A stretch of DNA of 64,000 nt from Moorellales bacterium (GCA_049719955.1 JBNARC010000004.1:16782-80781), one strand, 5' to 3'; positions 25,415 through 34,650 are shown, counted from the first letter of the stretch. Program-made: numbers and translations. Notes: generated by a model from the letters alone, not told the origin.

Positions 25415-25849
25415 GTGCTGCACGGCCCGAACCTCAACCTCCTGGGCGAGCGGGAGCCGGGGGTATACGGGACGGTCACCCTGGAGGAGATAAACCGCCG
25501 GCTGGAGAAGCGGGCTAAAGACCTGGGAGTGGAGCTGGAGATCTTCCAGTCAAACCACGAGGGAGCGCTGATTGACCGGCTGCACGAGGCGCGTCACCGG
25601 GTGCAGGCGGTGATCGTCAATCCCGGCGCCCTTACCCATTACAGCCTGGCCCTGCACGACGCCCTGAGGGCGGTTAACCTCCCGGCGGTGGAGGTGCATC
25701 TTAGCAACATCTATGCCCGGGAGGAATTCCGCCGCCATTCGGTGGTAGCACCGGCGGTTTCCGGCCAGATAAGCGGCTTTGGAGTCATGAGTTACCTGTT
25801 GGCTTTGGAGGCGGCGGTGTATCTCGCGGGCGGCCGGGTCCAATCCTGA
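25415..25849 (+). CDS. aroQ: type II 3-dehydroquinate dehydratase
   Basis: Contains 'LHGPNLNLLGEREPGVYG', 'QSNHEGALID', 'NPGALTHYS' and 'VEVHLSNI'. The conserved N-terminus 'RILVLHGPN' extends upstream of GTG 25415, where only CTG 25403 or ATT 25409 are in frame. Confidence 0.88.
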   Translation: MLHGPNLNLLGEREPGVYGTVTLEEINRRLEKRAKDLGVELEIFQSNHEGALIDRLHEARHRVQAVIVNPGALTHYSLALHDALRAVNLPAVEVHLSNIYAREEFRRHSVVAPAVSGQISGFGVMSYLLALEAAVYLAGGRVQS

Positions 25850-25884
25850 GGGGCCGTTCCCACCGGCACGGGGGAGGGAGTTCT

Positions 25885-26979
25885 TTGCCCGCCGATATCG
25901 GCAAGGAAACCTACCGTCTCCGCCAGGTCCGGCTCCTGGCGGAGCTGGAAGGCTCGGGCGCGGAAGCCTTATTGATCACCCGCCCGGAGAACTGCCTCTA
26001 CCTCACCGGGTTTTCCGGCGAAGGCACGGTGGTGGTATCGGCTTCCGGCACCTGGTTGCTGACCGACTTCCGTTACCTGGAGGTCGCGCAGGCGGAGGTA
26101 GAGGCCGCCCAACCGGTTCGGATAGAAGGCGGGTGGACGCAGACGGTTAAGAGGTTGGTCACTGACCAGGGGTGGGGCCGGCTAGCCTTTGAGGCCGAAC
26201 ATCTGACCTATGGCCGGTACTGTGAACTGGCTGAGGCCCTAGCTCCGGTTCTCCTGGTTCCCACCGCGGGCCTGGTGGAGCGGTTACGCCGGGTGAAGGA
26301 CGAGGCCGAGTTAGAAAGGCTGCGCCACGCCGCCTGGATCACCGATACAGCCTTCTCGTATGTACTGGAGCGGATACGCCCCGGTATAACCGAGAAGGAA
26401 CTAGCCTTAGAACTAGAGTATTACTTGGGCCGAAACGGCTCGGAGGGAGTTTCCTTTCCCACCATTGTGGCTGCCGGGCCCAGAAGCGCCCGTCCTCATG
26501 CCGTACCCCGGGAGGAGCCGGTCCGGGAGGGCGATCTCCTTCTCTTGGATTTTGGCGCGGTCTGGGAAGGCTATCACGCCGATTTAACCCGCACCGTGGC
26601 GGTGGGGCGGGCGGGAGCCAAGGAGCGGGAAGTTTACGCGGTGGTGAGGGAGGCTCAGGAGGAGGCCCTGGCCGCCATCCGGGCCGGGCGAACCGTCGCG
26701 GAGATCGATTCCCTGGCCCGGGAGGTGATAGCGCGGGCTGGGTACGGCGAATACTTCGGTCACCGTCTGGGCCACGGTGTGGGTCTGGCGGTACACGAGG
26801 AGCCGGCGCTGGGCGGGGAGGAGACGGTTTTGGAGCCGGGCATGGTGGTGACCGTGGAGCCGGGGATCTACCTTCCCGGCTGGGGCGGCGTGCGCATAGA
26901 GGACTTGGTGGTGGTGACCCGGGACGGGTGCGAGATCCTATCGCGGGCGCCTAAGGATTTTTTGATTGTAGGAAGGTGA
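25885..26979 (+). CDS. pepQ: Xaa-Pro aminopeptidase (M24B)
   Basis: Contains '[16 protein letters not shown]', '[15 protein letters not shown]' and '[17 protein letters not shown]'. Confidence 0.88.
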   Translation: MPADIGKETYRLRQVRLLAELEGSGAEALLITRPENCLYLTGFSGEGTVVVSASGTWLLTDFRYLEVAQAEVEAAQPVRIEGGWTQTVKRLVTDQGWGRLAFEAEHLTYGRYCELAEALAPVLLVPTAGLVERLRRVKDEAELERLRHAAWITDTAFSYVLERIRPGITEKELALELEYYLGRNGSEGVSFPTIVAAGPRSARPHAVPREEPVREGDLLLLDFGAVWEGYHADLTRTVAVGRAGAKEREVYAVVREAQEEALAAIRAGRTVAEIDSLAREVIARAGYGEYFGHRLGHGVGLAVHEEPALGGEETVLEPGMVVTVEPGIYLPGWGGVRIEDLVVVTRDGCEILSRAPKDFLIVGR

Positions 26980-26983
26980 GAGC

Positions 26984-27541
26984 ATGATTTCTACCAACGA
27001 CTTTCGTACCGGGGTTAAAATCGAGGTGGACGGAGAGCTTTATGCAGTAGTAGAATTCCAGCACGTAAAGCCGGGTAAGGGTGCGGCCTTCGTGCGCACC
27101 AAGCTGCGAAACCTGCGCACCGGCGCGGTAATTGAGCGCACCTTCCGAGCCGGCGAAAAGGTGCCTCAGGTGCGGGTGGAGCGCCGGGAGATGCAGTACC
27201 TCTACAACGACGGCGAGAACTACGTCTTCATGGATACCTCCAGTTTCGAGCAGCTCAGCCTGCCGCGGGAGAAGCTGGAGGAGGCAGCGCAGTTCCTAAA
27301 GGACGATATGGTCGTGTACGTGTTGCTGTATGAAGGTGAGACCATAGGCGTGGAGTTGCCGAACTTCGTAGAGCTTAAGGTGGTACGTACCGAGCCGGGA
27401 GTGAGGGGCGATACGGTGAGCGGCGGTAGCAAGCCGGCCACTTTGGAGACCGGGGCGGTAGTGCAGGTGCCCCTGTTTATCGAGGAAGGGGACGTAATCC
27501 GCATCGATACGCGGACGGGAGAGTATATCGAGCGGGTATAG
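26984..27541 (+). CDS. efp: elongation factor P
   Basis: Begins '[20 protein letters not shown]...[20 protein letters not shown]'. Length is 185 aa. Confidence 0.95.
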   Translation: MISTNDFRTGVKIEVDGELYAVVEFQHVKPGKGAAFVRTKLRNLRTGAVIERTFRAGEKVPQVRVERREMQYLYNDGENYVFMDTSSFEQLSLPREKLEEAAQFLKDDMVVYVLLYEGETIGVELPNFVELKVVRTEPGVRGDTVSGGSKPATLETGAVVQVPLFIEEGDVIRIDTRTGEYIERV

Positions 27542-27587
27542 GGGGTACATATACCTAGGGAATGACCTAGGGGGTACCGCGGACGAG

Positions 27588-28016
27588 ATGGCATCAACGG
27601 AACTAAAAGAGAAGATGGCCTATCTCCAGGGTATGGTTTCCGGGCTGGGTTTAGATACCGCCACCCGGGAGGGGCAAATTCTGAAAGAGATGTTGAGCCT
27701 TTTGGAAAGCCTGGTCGGAGTGGTGAGCGAGCTGCAAAAGGCGCAGGAGCAAACCGAGGAATACCTGGAGAGCGTGGATGAGGATTTGTTCCGGCTGGAA
27801 GACGAGGTCTACGGCCCGGAGCCGGAAGAAGAGGGGGAGCGGGAATACGTCGAGGTGGAGTGCCCGCAGTGTCGGGAGGTGGTCTGCTTCGAGACGGACC
27901 TCCTGGACGGCGAGGGCGAGCTAGAGGTGAGCTGCCCCCAGTGCGGAACGGTGGTCTATACCACCCGGACCGGTAGCCCGACGGACGGAGATCAAAGCCT
28001 AGAGCAACAGTCTTAG
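27588..28016 (+). CDS. acidic coiled-coil / zinc-ribbon protein of unknown function
   Basis: The 142-aa protein has an N-terminal helical region and a C-terminal 'CPQC...(24 aa)...CPQCG' ribbon. It occupies the conserved position between efp and spoIIIAA in Clostridia. Confidence 0.7.
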   Translation: MASTELKEKMAYLQGMVSGLGLDTATREGQILKEMLSLLESLVGVVSELQKAQEQTEEYLESVDEDLFRLEDEVYGPEPEEEGEREYVEVECPQCREVVCFETDLLDGEGELEVSCPQCGTVVYTTRTGSPTDGDQSLEQQS

Positions 28017-28064
28017 ACGTCTAGGCAGCGCGAAAACTTAGCTGGCCCGGGACATGTATATTAA

Positions 28065-28104
28065 GGCGATCGGAAGCTACGCAGCTGGTCGCCTTTTTGT
28101 TTTC
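28065..28104 (+). terminator. intrinsic terminator downstream of the zinc-ribbon gene
   Basis: The stem pairs GGCGATC (28065-28071) with GGTCGCC (28087-28093), with an inner AGCT/AGCT pairing, and is followed by TTTTTGTTTT. Confidence 0.6.
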
Positions 28105-28163
28105 TTGCCTACCGGGCATATCCTTCTCCGCCCGGTAATATCTATCTAGCGGTGGAGGGGAAA

Positions 28164-29201
28164 ATGTTGGCAGCGATCGGCGTTTGGGAACGGTTTCAAC
28201 GGGAGATCTTACCTTGGTTGGCCCCTTCGGTCCGGGAGCCGCTACGGCGGCTGGCGCCGGAGTTGGTTTCCGAGTTGGAAGAAGTAAGATTGCGGGCCCA
28301 AAAGCCGTTAGTGGTGGTGACGGCCGCGGCCATCCGCTTCGTTACTCCCGAGGGCCACCCCACTGACGAGGTACGGCGGGCCTACACGGTAACCGGCGAG
28401 GACTTACGGCGCACCCTGGAGGCCGTAACCCGCAGTTCCTGGTACGCCTTGACCGAGCAGTTGCGGGAAGGCTATCTCACCCTGCCGGGGGGGCACCGCC
28501 TGGGGCTGGCAGGAGAGGCGGTACCGGGCGAAGCCCGGGTGGCGGGTTTGCGGCATGTGGCCAGCCTCAACCTGCGCCTGGCCCGAGAGGTGCCCGGTTG
28601 CAGCCTGGGTATCTTGCCCTACCTGTGGGACCGGGCCGGCGGCCTTCCTTGGCATACCCTCGTACTCTCCCCTCCCCGGGCGGGTAAGACCACCTTCCTG
28701 AGGGATGTGGTGCGCCACTTTAGCTACGGCGTTCCCCAGTTTGGCATACCCCCCTCCAGCGTGGGGCTGGTGGACGAGCGGGGCGAGATTGCCGCCTGCT
28801 TCGAGGGCGTGCCCCAAAACGATGTGGGGCCCTGCACGGACGTACTGTCCGGTTGGCCCAAGGCCCAAGGGATGCTGGTGCTCTTGCGGGCCCTCTCACC
28901 CCGGGTGATCGCCACCGACGAAATGGGCGGCCCGGAGGACTTGGCCGCCCTGTACGAGGTGCTGAACGCCGGGGTAAAGGTAGTGGCCACGGTTCACGCC
29001 TCCGATCTGGAGGAGCTCAGGCGGCGTCCTGCCTGGCGGCGAATCTTAGGGCGCGGCGGGTTTGAGCGCCTGGTAGTGTTGAGCCGACGCTTGGGGCCGG
29101 GCACGGTGGAGGCGGTCTTAGACGGTTCGGGGCAACTTCTGTTTCGGGGCCCCTGGAGGGCGGTCGGGATTTGGTCTGCCGCCGCCAAAAGGAGGGCCTA
29201 G
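28164..29201 (+). CDS. spoIIIAA: stage III sporulation protein AA (ATPase)
   Basis: ATG 28164 follows GGAGG. Contains Walker A 'SPPRAGKTTFLRDV' and 'IATDEMG'. The track ORF begins at GTG 28152. Confidence 0.9.
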   Translation: MLAAIGVWERFQREILPWLAPSVREPLRRLAPELVSELEEVRLRAQKPLVVVTAAAIRFVTPEGHPTDEVRRAYTVTGEDLRRTLEAVTRSSWYALTEQLREGYLTLPGGHRLGLAGEAVPGEARVAGLRHVASLNLRLAREVPGCSLGILPYLWDRAGGLPWHTLVLSPPRAGKTTFLRDVVRHFSYGVPQFGIPPSSVGLVDERGEIAACFEGVPQNDVGPCTDVLSGWPKAQGMLVLLRALSPRVIATDEMGGPEDLAALYEVLNAGVKVVATVHASDLEELRRRPAWRRILGRGGFERLVVLSRRLGPGTVEAVLDGSGQLLFRGPWRAVGIWSAAAKRRA

Positions 29202-29202
29202 G

Positions 29203-29721
29203 GTGAAGCTGTTAGGTGCCCTGATGGTATTTTGGGCCTGCGGGGCCCTGGGGATGCTGCTGGCGGGCAACCTCGTCCGGCGGCAGCAGATCCTGCGGGA
29301 GCTGCAGGTTGCGTTGCAGCTTCTGGAGACCGAAATCACCTATGCAGCCACCCCCTTACCGGAGGCTTTCCGGCGGGTGGGGCAAAAGTGCCGGTCACCC
29401 GTTGGTCGACTCTTCCTCGCCGCTGCCAATACGCTGGACGCGGATCCGGGTATCACCGCCGGTGAGGCTTGGGAAGCGGGATTGGCCGCGCTTTGGGCGG
29501 TGGCCCCTATGGACCGGGAGGAGGTGGCGGTGTTATCGGATTTGGGACAAGGCCTGGGGCGAGGCGACCGAGAGGATCAAAGAAAGAAACTCGAACTGGC
29601 CCGGGCTCAACTTCAGCACCTGGAGCGAACTGCGGCCGAGGTACGTGCCCGCCAGACGCGGGTATGGCAGACTTTGGGTTTCCTAGGCGGAGTGACGATC
29701 ATCCTGCTTCTATACTGGTAA
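29203..29721 (+). CDS. spoIIIAB: stage III sporulation protein AB
   Basis: Begins 'MKLLGALMVFWACGALG...LQLLETEITYAATPLPEAF'. Operon position fits. Confidence 0.88.
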   Translation: MKLLGALMVFWACGALGMLLAGNLVRRQQILRELQVALQLLETEITYAATPLPEAFRRVGQKCRSPVGRLFLAAANTLDADPGITAGEAWEAGLAALWAVAPMDREEVAVLSDLGQGLGRGDREDQRKKLELARAQLQHLERTAAEVRARQTRVWQTLGFLGGVTIILLLYW

Positions 29722-29725
29722 ACGG

Positions 29726-29932
29726 GTGAGAGGTATGAACATCGAACTGATCTTCCGGATTGCCGGAGTGGGGATATTGGCGGCGGTGCTGCACACGGTG
29801 CTAAAGCAGGCGGGTAAGGAGGAGTTGGCCCACCTGGTGACCCTGGCCGGAGTAGGCTTGGTGCTGATGTGGGTGGTGCAACTACTGGCACAACTCTTTG
29901 AGCAGGTACGATCGGTATTCTATCTGTACTAG
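29726..29932 (+). CDS. spoIIIAC: stage III sporulation protein AC
   Basis: Contains 'IELIFRIAGVGILAAVLHTVLKQAGKEE'. An alternative start is ATG 29735. Confidence 0.88.
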   Translation: MRGMNIELIFRIAGVGILAAVLHTVLKQAGKEELAHLVTLAGVGLVLMWVVQLLAQLFEQVRSVFYLY

Positions 29933-29959
29933 GGACTGAGCAACCCGGGGGGAAAAGAC

Positions 29960-30346
29960 GTGGAGGCGGGACAGATCGTAGGGCTGGGGCTGATTGCGGC
30001 GGTTTTATTGGTAGTAGTCCGCCAGCAGCGGCCGGAGTTGGCCCTGTTGCTCAGCGTGGCCGCGGGGGGAGTGATATTCCTTTTGATACTGAGCCAGGTA
30101 GGTCGGGTAACCGAGGTGTTAGACCGACTGGCCACGGCGGCCCGGGTGGATCGCCTTTACCTAGGCACCCTCCTTAAGATTATCGGCGTGAGTTATCTGG
30201 CCGAATTCGGCGCCCAGGTCTGCCGGGATGCGGGAGAGCAGGCCGTGGCCGCACGGGTGGAAATGGCGGCCAAGATACTAATCGTAGTGCTGGCCTTGCC
30301 CATCGTAGTGGCGGTTTTGGACACGGTGATGAGGTTAGTGCCATGA
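29960..30346 (+). CDS. spoIIIAD: stage III sporulation protein AD
   Basis: The 128-aa protein has four hydrophobic helices and 'LLKIIGVSYLAEFGAQVCRDAGE'. Confidence 0.88.
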   Translation: MEAGQIVGLGLIAAVLLVVVRQQRPELALLLSVAAGGVIFLLILSQVGRVTEVLDRLATAARVDRLYLGTLLKIIGVSYLAEFGAQVCRDAGEQAVAARVEMAAKILIVVLALPIVVAVLDTVMRLVP

Positions 30347-31521
30347 GAGCGGTCATGGGACTGGCGGTGGGCGGTATCTTGGTTCTTTGGTGCCTTTGGG
30401 CGGGCGCGGCCGAGGCCGCGACGGAGGTGAACCCGGACCCGGTGGGGGGTATCCTTGAGCGTCTGGACTTTGGTCGTGCCGAGGCCCTGGTGCTGGAGGC
30501 AGGCCCCGAAGGGGAAAACCCTTGGCCTCAGGTGAGCCTCCGGGGCATATTGGCCGATCTACAGGCGGGCCGACCGGTGCTTGACTTTCGGACGCTTTTG
30601 TCTTCCCTGGGACGCTTTTTAGGGGGGGAGGTCCTGGCCGGTGCACGAGTGATGGGGCGGCTCGTAGTGCTGGCGGTGCTTTGCGCCGTGCTGCACAACC
30701 TTCAAGCAGCGTTCGAGCGCCGCACCGTGGGTGAGGTGGCCTATTTCGTGGTATTCCTGGCCCTGGTGGCGCTGGCCCTAGGGTCTTTCTCTTCCGCCCT
30801 ACAGTCGGGCCGGGAGGTGGTGGATAGGATGACCGCCTTTATGCAGGCCCTACTACCGGGACTGTTAGTCCTGCTCACCGCCCTGGGCGGAGCGGCCACT
30901 TCGGCGGTAGTCCACCCCCTAGTTCTGGGGTGTTTGGCCCTGGCCGGTACCCTGGTGCGGGACGTAGTGCTACCCCTCCTTTACCTCGCCGCCACGCTTA
31001 CCATAGTAGGGAGGATTTCCGATCGGTTTCCGGTTTCCCGCTTGGCGGATACCTTAAAGAGCGTGGCCGTCATCTGCCTGGGCCTGTTCATTACCCTGGC
31101 GGTTGGAATGCTGGCGGTTCAGGGAGCGGCCGCGGGCGCGGTGGACAGCCTTACCTTGCGGACCGCCAAGTTCGCTTCTACCGCCCTGGTGCCGGTCATA
31201 GGCAAGACCCTGACCGACGCGGTGGAGGCGGTAGCCAGCGCCTCACTATTGGTTCAGAGTGCGGCCAGTCTTCTGGGAGTGATGGGTTTGTTGGGAATGG
31301 CCTTGTTTCCCGCTCTAAAAATTGGGGTGCTGGCCTTGATCTTTCACCTTACCGCCGCGCTAATTCAACCCTTTGGAGACACCCGCATTAGCGACACCTT
31401 GGCGGCCATGGGAGGGACTTTGGGCCTGGTCTTCGCGGTAGTGTTGGCCGTGGCCTTGTTCTTCTTCCTGGCCTTGAGCGTGGTGGTGGGGCTGGGGAAC
31501 CTTAAGGCCCTGTGGTGGTAG
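30343..31521 (+). CDS. spoIIIAE: stage III sporulation protein AE
   Basis: The start overlaps the spoIIIAD stop. It is a polytopic membrane protein of 392 aa with 'TAKFASTALVPVIGKTLTDAVE'. Confidence 0.88.
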   Translation: MRAVMGLAVGGILVLWCLWAGAAEAATEVNPDPVGGILERLDFGRAEALVLEAGPEGENPWPQVSLRGILADLQAGRPVLDFRTLLSSLGRFLGGEVLAGARVMGRLVVLAVLCAVLHNLQAAFERRTVGEVAYFVVFLALVALALGSFSSALQSGREVVDRMTAFMQALLPGLLVLLTALGGAATSAVVHPLVLGCLALAGTLVRDVVLPLLYLAATLTIVGRISDRFPVSRLADTLKSVAVICLGLFITLAVGMLAVQGAAAGAVDSLTLRTAKFASTALVPVIGKTLTDAVEAVASASLLVQSAASLLGVMGLLGMALFPALKIGVLALIFHLTAALIQPFGDTRISDTLAAMGGTLGLVFAVVLAVALFFFLALSVVVGLGNLKALWW

Positions 31522-31556
31522 CGGTGCTGGAGCTGACGTATCCCCGATTTCCCTAA

Positions 31557-31769
31557 GGCGGTACCGGGTGCTCCCCGTTCGTACTGTCACCTCGCCGACC
31601 GAAGTAGGGCTTGGTCTTCGCCCTCCAGCGGGCGCCCGGCGGAAGCGCCATCCGTGGCGCCCCGCCGCTTCGGCCGTCCTGAGGCCTGGCGCCCGCCTTC
31701 GCGCTCGCCCTCGCCAAGGTCGGTATCCGGCGAGGTGCCAACGTACTCAGAAGAGCACCCGGTACCGCC
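31557..31769. repeat. ~213-nt palindromic (long-hairpin) element in the spoIIIAE-spoIIIAF spacer
   Basis: A perfect 17-bp inverted repeat pairs GGCGGTACCGGGTGCTC (31557-31573) with GAGCACCCGGTACCGCC (31753-31769). A second 10-bp pair is CACCTCGCCG (31588-31597) with CGGCGAGGTG (31728-31737). The GC-rich core contains three GGCGCCC(C)GCC-like units and nested hairpins. Confidence 0.8.
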
Positions 31770-31797
31770 AGCGAACGCGGAAGAGGGGATAACTCAG

Positions 31798-32343
31798 GTG
31801 CTAGAAGTGTTGACCGACCTGGTACGTACTGTCGTCCTGTTGGTACTCCTGGCAGTACTGGTAGAGATGCTTTTACCTTCCGGGGAGTTGGCCCGGTTTG
31901 TGCGGTTGGTGATGGGGCTGTTCGTGCTGGCCGCGGTCCTGGGAGCGGTGGGGCGGTTCCTGCCCCATCTGGGAGAGGCGGTTCCCAGTCTCGCGCCGGC
32001 GGGGAACGGGGCGGTGGCGGTGGACGAGCGGATTCGGTCCCTGGAGGCCTATCAGCGGGAGGCGGTCTGGAGCCTCCTGGAGCACCAGCTCAAGCGGCAG
32101 GTCGAAGCGGCGCTAACGAGTTTGGGCCTTGAGGTCAGGGAAGTAAAGATTCGAGCAGATTCGGAGTGGCGGTGGGGTCAAGGGCCCACCTGGGACGGCC
32201 TGGAGGTTTACCTGAGTCGAGCCGGCGCGAAACGCCACTCGGAACCCGGAGAACTGGCTCGGTACCAGGAGGAGGTGAGGCAGCAACTGGCGCAGGTTCT
32301 AGGCCTTTCCCCAGAGCAGATAGAAGTAAACTGGACGGAATAA
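31798..32343 (+). CDS. spoIIIAF: stage III sporulation protein AF
   Basis: GTG 31798 follows GAAGAGGGG. The N-terminus 'VLEVLTDLVRTVVLLVLLAVLVEMLLPSG' aligns with the start of Bacillus SpoIIIAF. The 48 upstream codons of the track ORF lie inside the palindromic element and are rejected. Confidence 0.82.
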   Translation: MLEVLTDLVRTVVLLVLLAVLVEMLLPSGELARFVRLVMGLFVLAAVLGAVGRFLPHLGEAVPSLAPAGNGAVAVDERIRSLEAYQREAVWSLLEHQLKRQVEAALTSLGLEVREVKIRADSEWRWGQGPTWDGLEVYLSRAGAKRHSEPGELARYQEEVRQQLAQVLGLSPEQIEVNWTE

Positions 32344-32371
32344 GCCGCCTGGGCTAGGGGGGAAGTAGTAA

Positions 32372-32938
32372 ATGCGCATCAGCCGCGAGCAGTGGCCGCA
32401 GCTTATCTGGCTGGTGGTGTTGGGGGCCTTGGGAGTAGCGTTGCTGATGGTGGGCGGGCGAGGGGGAAATGTCCGGGACTGGTCCTCGACGGCCTCTCCG
32501 TCACCACAAGAGCTTCCGGCTCAGGGACTGGCCGCAGCGGAGGAAAGCTTAGAGGCCAGGTTGGAGGCCATTCTGGGACAGATCGAGGGAGCGGGAGAGG
32601 TAAGGGTACGGGTTACCCTCGCGCGGGGGCCAGTGTACGACTACGCCGTTAATACCAATACTAATGAGCGCCGGGTAGAAGAGGGAGGAGAGCGGGAGAA
32701 CCGACGGGTTACTACGGAGGAAGTGGCCCAACAGCAATTGGTAATGCGGCAGGTGGGAGCCAGCCAAGAACCGGTGGTGGTGCAAGAGAGCCGCCCGGCG
32801 GTGCAGGGGGTTCTGGTGCTGGCTCGAGGAGGCAACGATCCCTTGGTTCGGGCCCGGCTTATCCAGGCGGTTCAAACCCTGCTGGGGGTGGCGGCCCACC
32901 AGGTGGCGGTATTACCCATGAATGGTTCCGGTGAATAG
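32372..32938 (+). CDS. spoIIIAG: stage III sporulation protein AG
   Basis: It has an N-terminal TM helix, plus 'VRVRVTLARGPVYDYAVN' and 'VQGVLVLARGGNDPLVRARLIQAVQTLLGV'. Confidence 0.88.
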   Translation: MRISREQWPQLIWLVVLGALGVALLMVGGRGGNVRDWSSTASPSPQELPAQGLAAAEESLEARLEAILGQIEGAGEVRVRVTLARGPVYDYAVNTNTNERRVEEGGERENRRVTTEEVAQQQLVMRQVGASQEPVVVQESRPAVQGVLVLARGGNDPLVRARLIQAVQTLLGVAAHQVAVLPMNGSGE

Positions 32939-32968
32939 TAGAATAGTTCGGAGAGGAGAGGTTCGGCC

Positions 32969-33592
32969 GTGATGGTGGTCACCCGAAAGGAAACCTTGGC
33001 TTCTCTGGCGTTGCTGGTTTTGGCGGGAGTGTTTCTCTATCTCGGTTTTACTCAACAGCGGCCTTCCTTGAGCGAGCTGGCGCAGGCACCCGTGCCCACC
33101 TCGGCTCCTTCGCAGGTTTCAACCGAGGCGGGGTCCGGGGCGAAGGCCTCCGGAGGCCAGAAGGGTACGTCGGTGACGCTGCCGCAGCCGGCGGCCAATC
33201 CCTTGGAGGGAGCGCAGGCCAGTAATCTCAGGCAGAAGCGGGGCTCGGAGTTCTTTGTGGAATACCGTCTGGAAAGAGACCGGGTACGCAGCCAGGAGAT
33301 TCAGTTGCTGCGGGAGGTAATTAATAACCCCAATTCCAGCCCAGAGGTCAAGAGCGAAGCCCAGCAGCGGCTGATAAGGCTTACCGAGTACATGGACCAG
33401 GAAGTACAGCTTGAGACTCTCCTGCAGGCTAAAGGCTACACCGAAGCCGCAGTACTTATCCAGCCCACTACGGTGAACGTAGTCGTTCGCGCGGCGCAGC
33501 TAAAGCCGGAAGACCTGGCCCGTATCGGGGAACTGGTGGCCCGCACTACCGGCCGGCGGCAGGAAGAAGTAGTCATAATCCCCTGGCCTTAA
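32969..33592 (+). CDS. spoIIIAH: stage III sporulation protein AH
   Basis: It has an N-terminal TM helix, plus 'FFVEYRLERDRVRSQEIQLLREVINN' and 'AAVLIQPTTVNVVV'. Confidence 0.85.
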   Translation: MMVVTRKETLASLALLVLAGVFLYLGFTQQRPSLSELAQAPVPTSAPSQVSTEAGSGAKASGGQKGTSVTLPQPAANPLEGAQASNLRQKRGSEFFVEYRLERDRVRSQEIQLLREVINNPNSSPEVKSEAQQRLIRLTEYMDQEVQLETLLQAKGYTEAAVLIQPTTVNVVVRAAQLKPEDLARIGELVARTTGRRQEEVVIIPWP

Positions 33593-33599
33593 GTTATGG

Positions 33600-33629
33600 T
33601 TGTCCGCCGATGGAGAGTTCTGGTATAAT
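33600..33629 (+). promoter_or_regulatory. candidate sigma-A promoter (extended -10) for the asp23 operon
   Basis: TTGTCC (33600-33605), an 18-nt spacer ending in TGg, then a perfect TATAAT (33624-33629). Confidence 0.5.
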
Positions 33630-33670
33630 AGCGCCATAGACGAAGCAAAACAACCTGGGGGAGGAAAAAC

Positions 33671-34078
33671 ATGGCTCAGAACAGCGCGGTGGGGGTAGGT
33701 CACAACGTGGAGACCGATTTGGGCTCTATTCGCATCGCCGACGAAGTAGTGGCGGTGGTGGCGGGGTTGGCCGCCACCGAGGTCGCCGGAGTGGCGGGAA
33801 TGAGCGGCGGCATTGCCGGAGGAATTGCCGAGATGCTCGGCCGCAGGAACCTGGCCAAGGGTGTGAAGGTGGAGGTTGGGGAGAAAGAAGCGGCCATCGA
33901 CCTTTTCACCGTGGTGAACTACGGGGTGCGGATACCGGACGTGGCTCTGGAGATCCAGCAGAAGGTGAAGGAAGCGGTAGAACGCATGACCGGTCTGAAG
34001 GTGGTTGAGGTTAACGTACACGTCCAGGGCGTAGCCTTTGCCGGGGATGAGGAAGAAGAAACCCGCCGGGTGCGCTAG
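33671..34078 (+). CDS. Asp23/Gls24-family alkaline shock protein
   Basis: Contains 'IRIADEVVAVVAGLAATEVAGVAGM' and 'VNVHVQGV'. Confidence 0.88.
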   Translation: MAQNSAVGVGHNVETDLGSIRIADEVVAVVAGLAATEVAGVAGMSGGIAGGIAEMLGRRNLAKGVKVEVGEKEAAIDLFTVVNYGVRIPDVALEIQQKVKEAVERMTGLKVVEVNVHVQGVAFAGDEEEETRRVR

Positions 34079-34107
34079 CCGGGCCTAGCCAAGAGGGAGC
34101 GGAATTC

Positions 34108-34641
34108 ATGGGCATGTTGGCGCGGGCAATTGCGCTCTTGTATACCTTGGTCCTCGCGGGGCTGGGGATGGTGGTGGCCGCTATCGCCGCAGGTTGGCAG
34201 GAGCCGGTTTGGTATTGGAACGGGGTGATGGCCTCCCCCCAGGAGCGTTGGATAATAGGGGCTCTGGCCGTTGTGGTGGCCCTGGTAGGGCTATGGGCCG
34301 CAGTAGGATCGGTCGGTTCCCGAGGACCAGATCAGATCCTGGTTCACAGTACTTCGGTAGGGGAGGTATTTATGAGCCTGGCGGCGGTAGAACATACGGT
34401 CGGCCGGGTGGCGCGCCAGGTTCGCGGAGTGCAGGAGGTTCATCCCCGAGTACGAGCCGGCCCGACGGGGGTGGCGGTAACGGTGGAGGTGGCGGTGCAG
34501 CCGGAGGTATCGGTTCCGCAGGTAACCGGCGAACTTCAGGAGAAGGTGCGACGCCAGATTGAAGAAATGATCGGCCTGCAGGTGCTGGAAGTTAGAGTCT
34601 TGGTAGAGAGCGTGCTGCGGGGCCGCTCCCGCGTGCGCTAG
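34108..34641 (+). CDS. amaP: alkaline-shock response membrane anchor protein AmaP
   Basis: It has two N-terminal TM helices and an Asp23-like C-terminal part, and lies directly downstream of asp23. Confidence 0.75.
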   Translation: MGMLARAIALLYTLVLAGLGMVVAAIAAGWQEPVWYWNGVMASPQERWIIGALAVVVALVGLWAAVGSVGSRGPDQILVHSTSVGEVFMSLAAVEHTVGRVARQVRGVQEVHPRVRAGPTGVAVTVEVAVQPEVSVPQVTGELQEKVRRQIEEMIGLQVLEVRVLVESVLRGRSRVR

Positions 34642-34650
34642 GCCAGGGCG

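Noticed and set aside
27539-27577. A 10-nt direct repeat, TAGGGGGTAC, occurring twice (27539-27548 and 27568-27577) between efp and the next gene.
   Set aside because: It is short and present in only two copies. One copy overlaps the efp stop and the other supplies the Shine-Dalgarno region of the next gene. There is no spacer/repeat periodicity, so it is not a CRISPR array or other repeat array.
28116-28145. A possible sigma-E-type promoter upstream of spoIIIAA (GCATATC ... AATATCTAT).
   Set aside because: The -10 region deviates from CATACA-T at key positions and the spacing is ambiguous. This is too degenerate to call by eye.
31553-31797. Mirror-image ORFs on the two strands that share start and end motifs. 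The + ORF begins MAPRR and contains EHPVPP. The - ORF begins MAPRR and ends in EHPVPP.
   Set aside because: The similarity is a by-product of the DNA palindrome. Both are Pro/Arg-rich with no Shine-Dalgarno sequence. They are treated as non-coding parts of the structured element.
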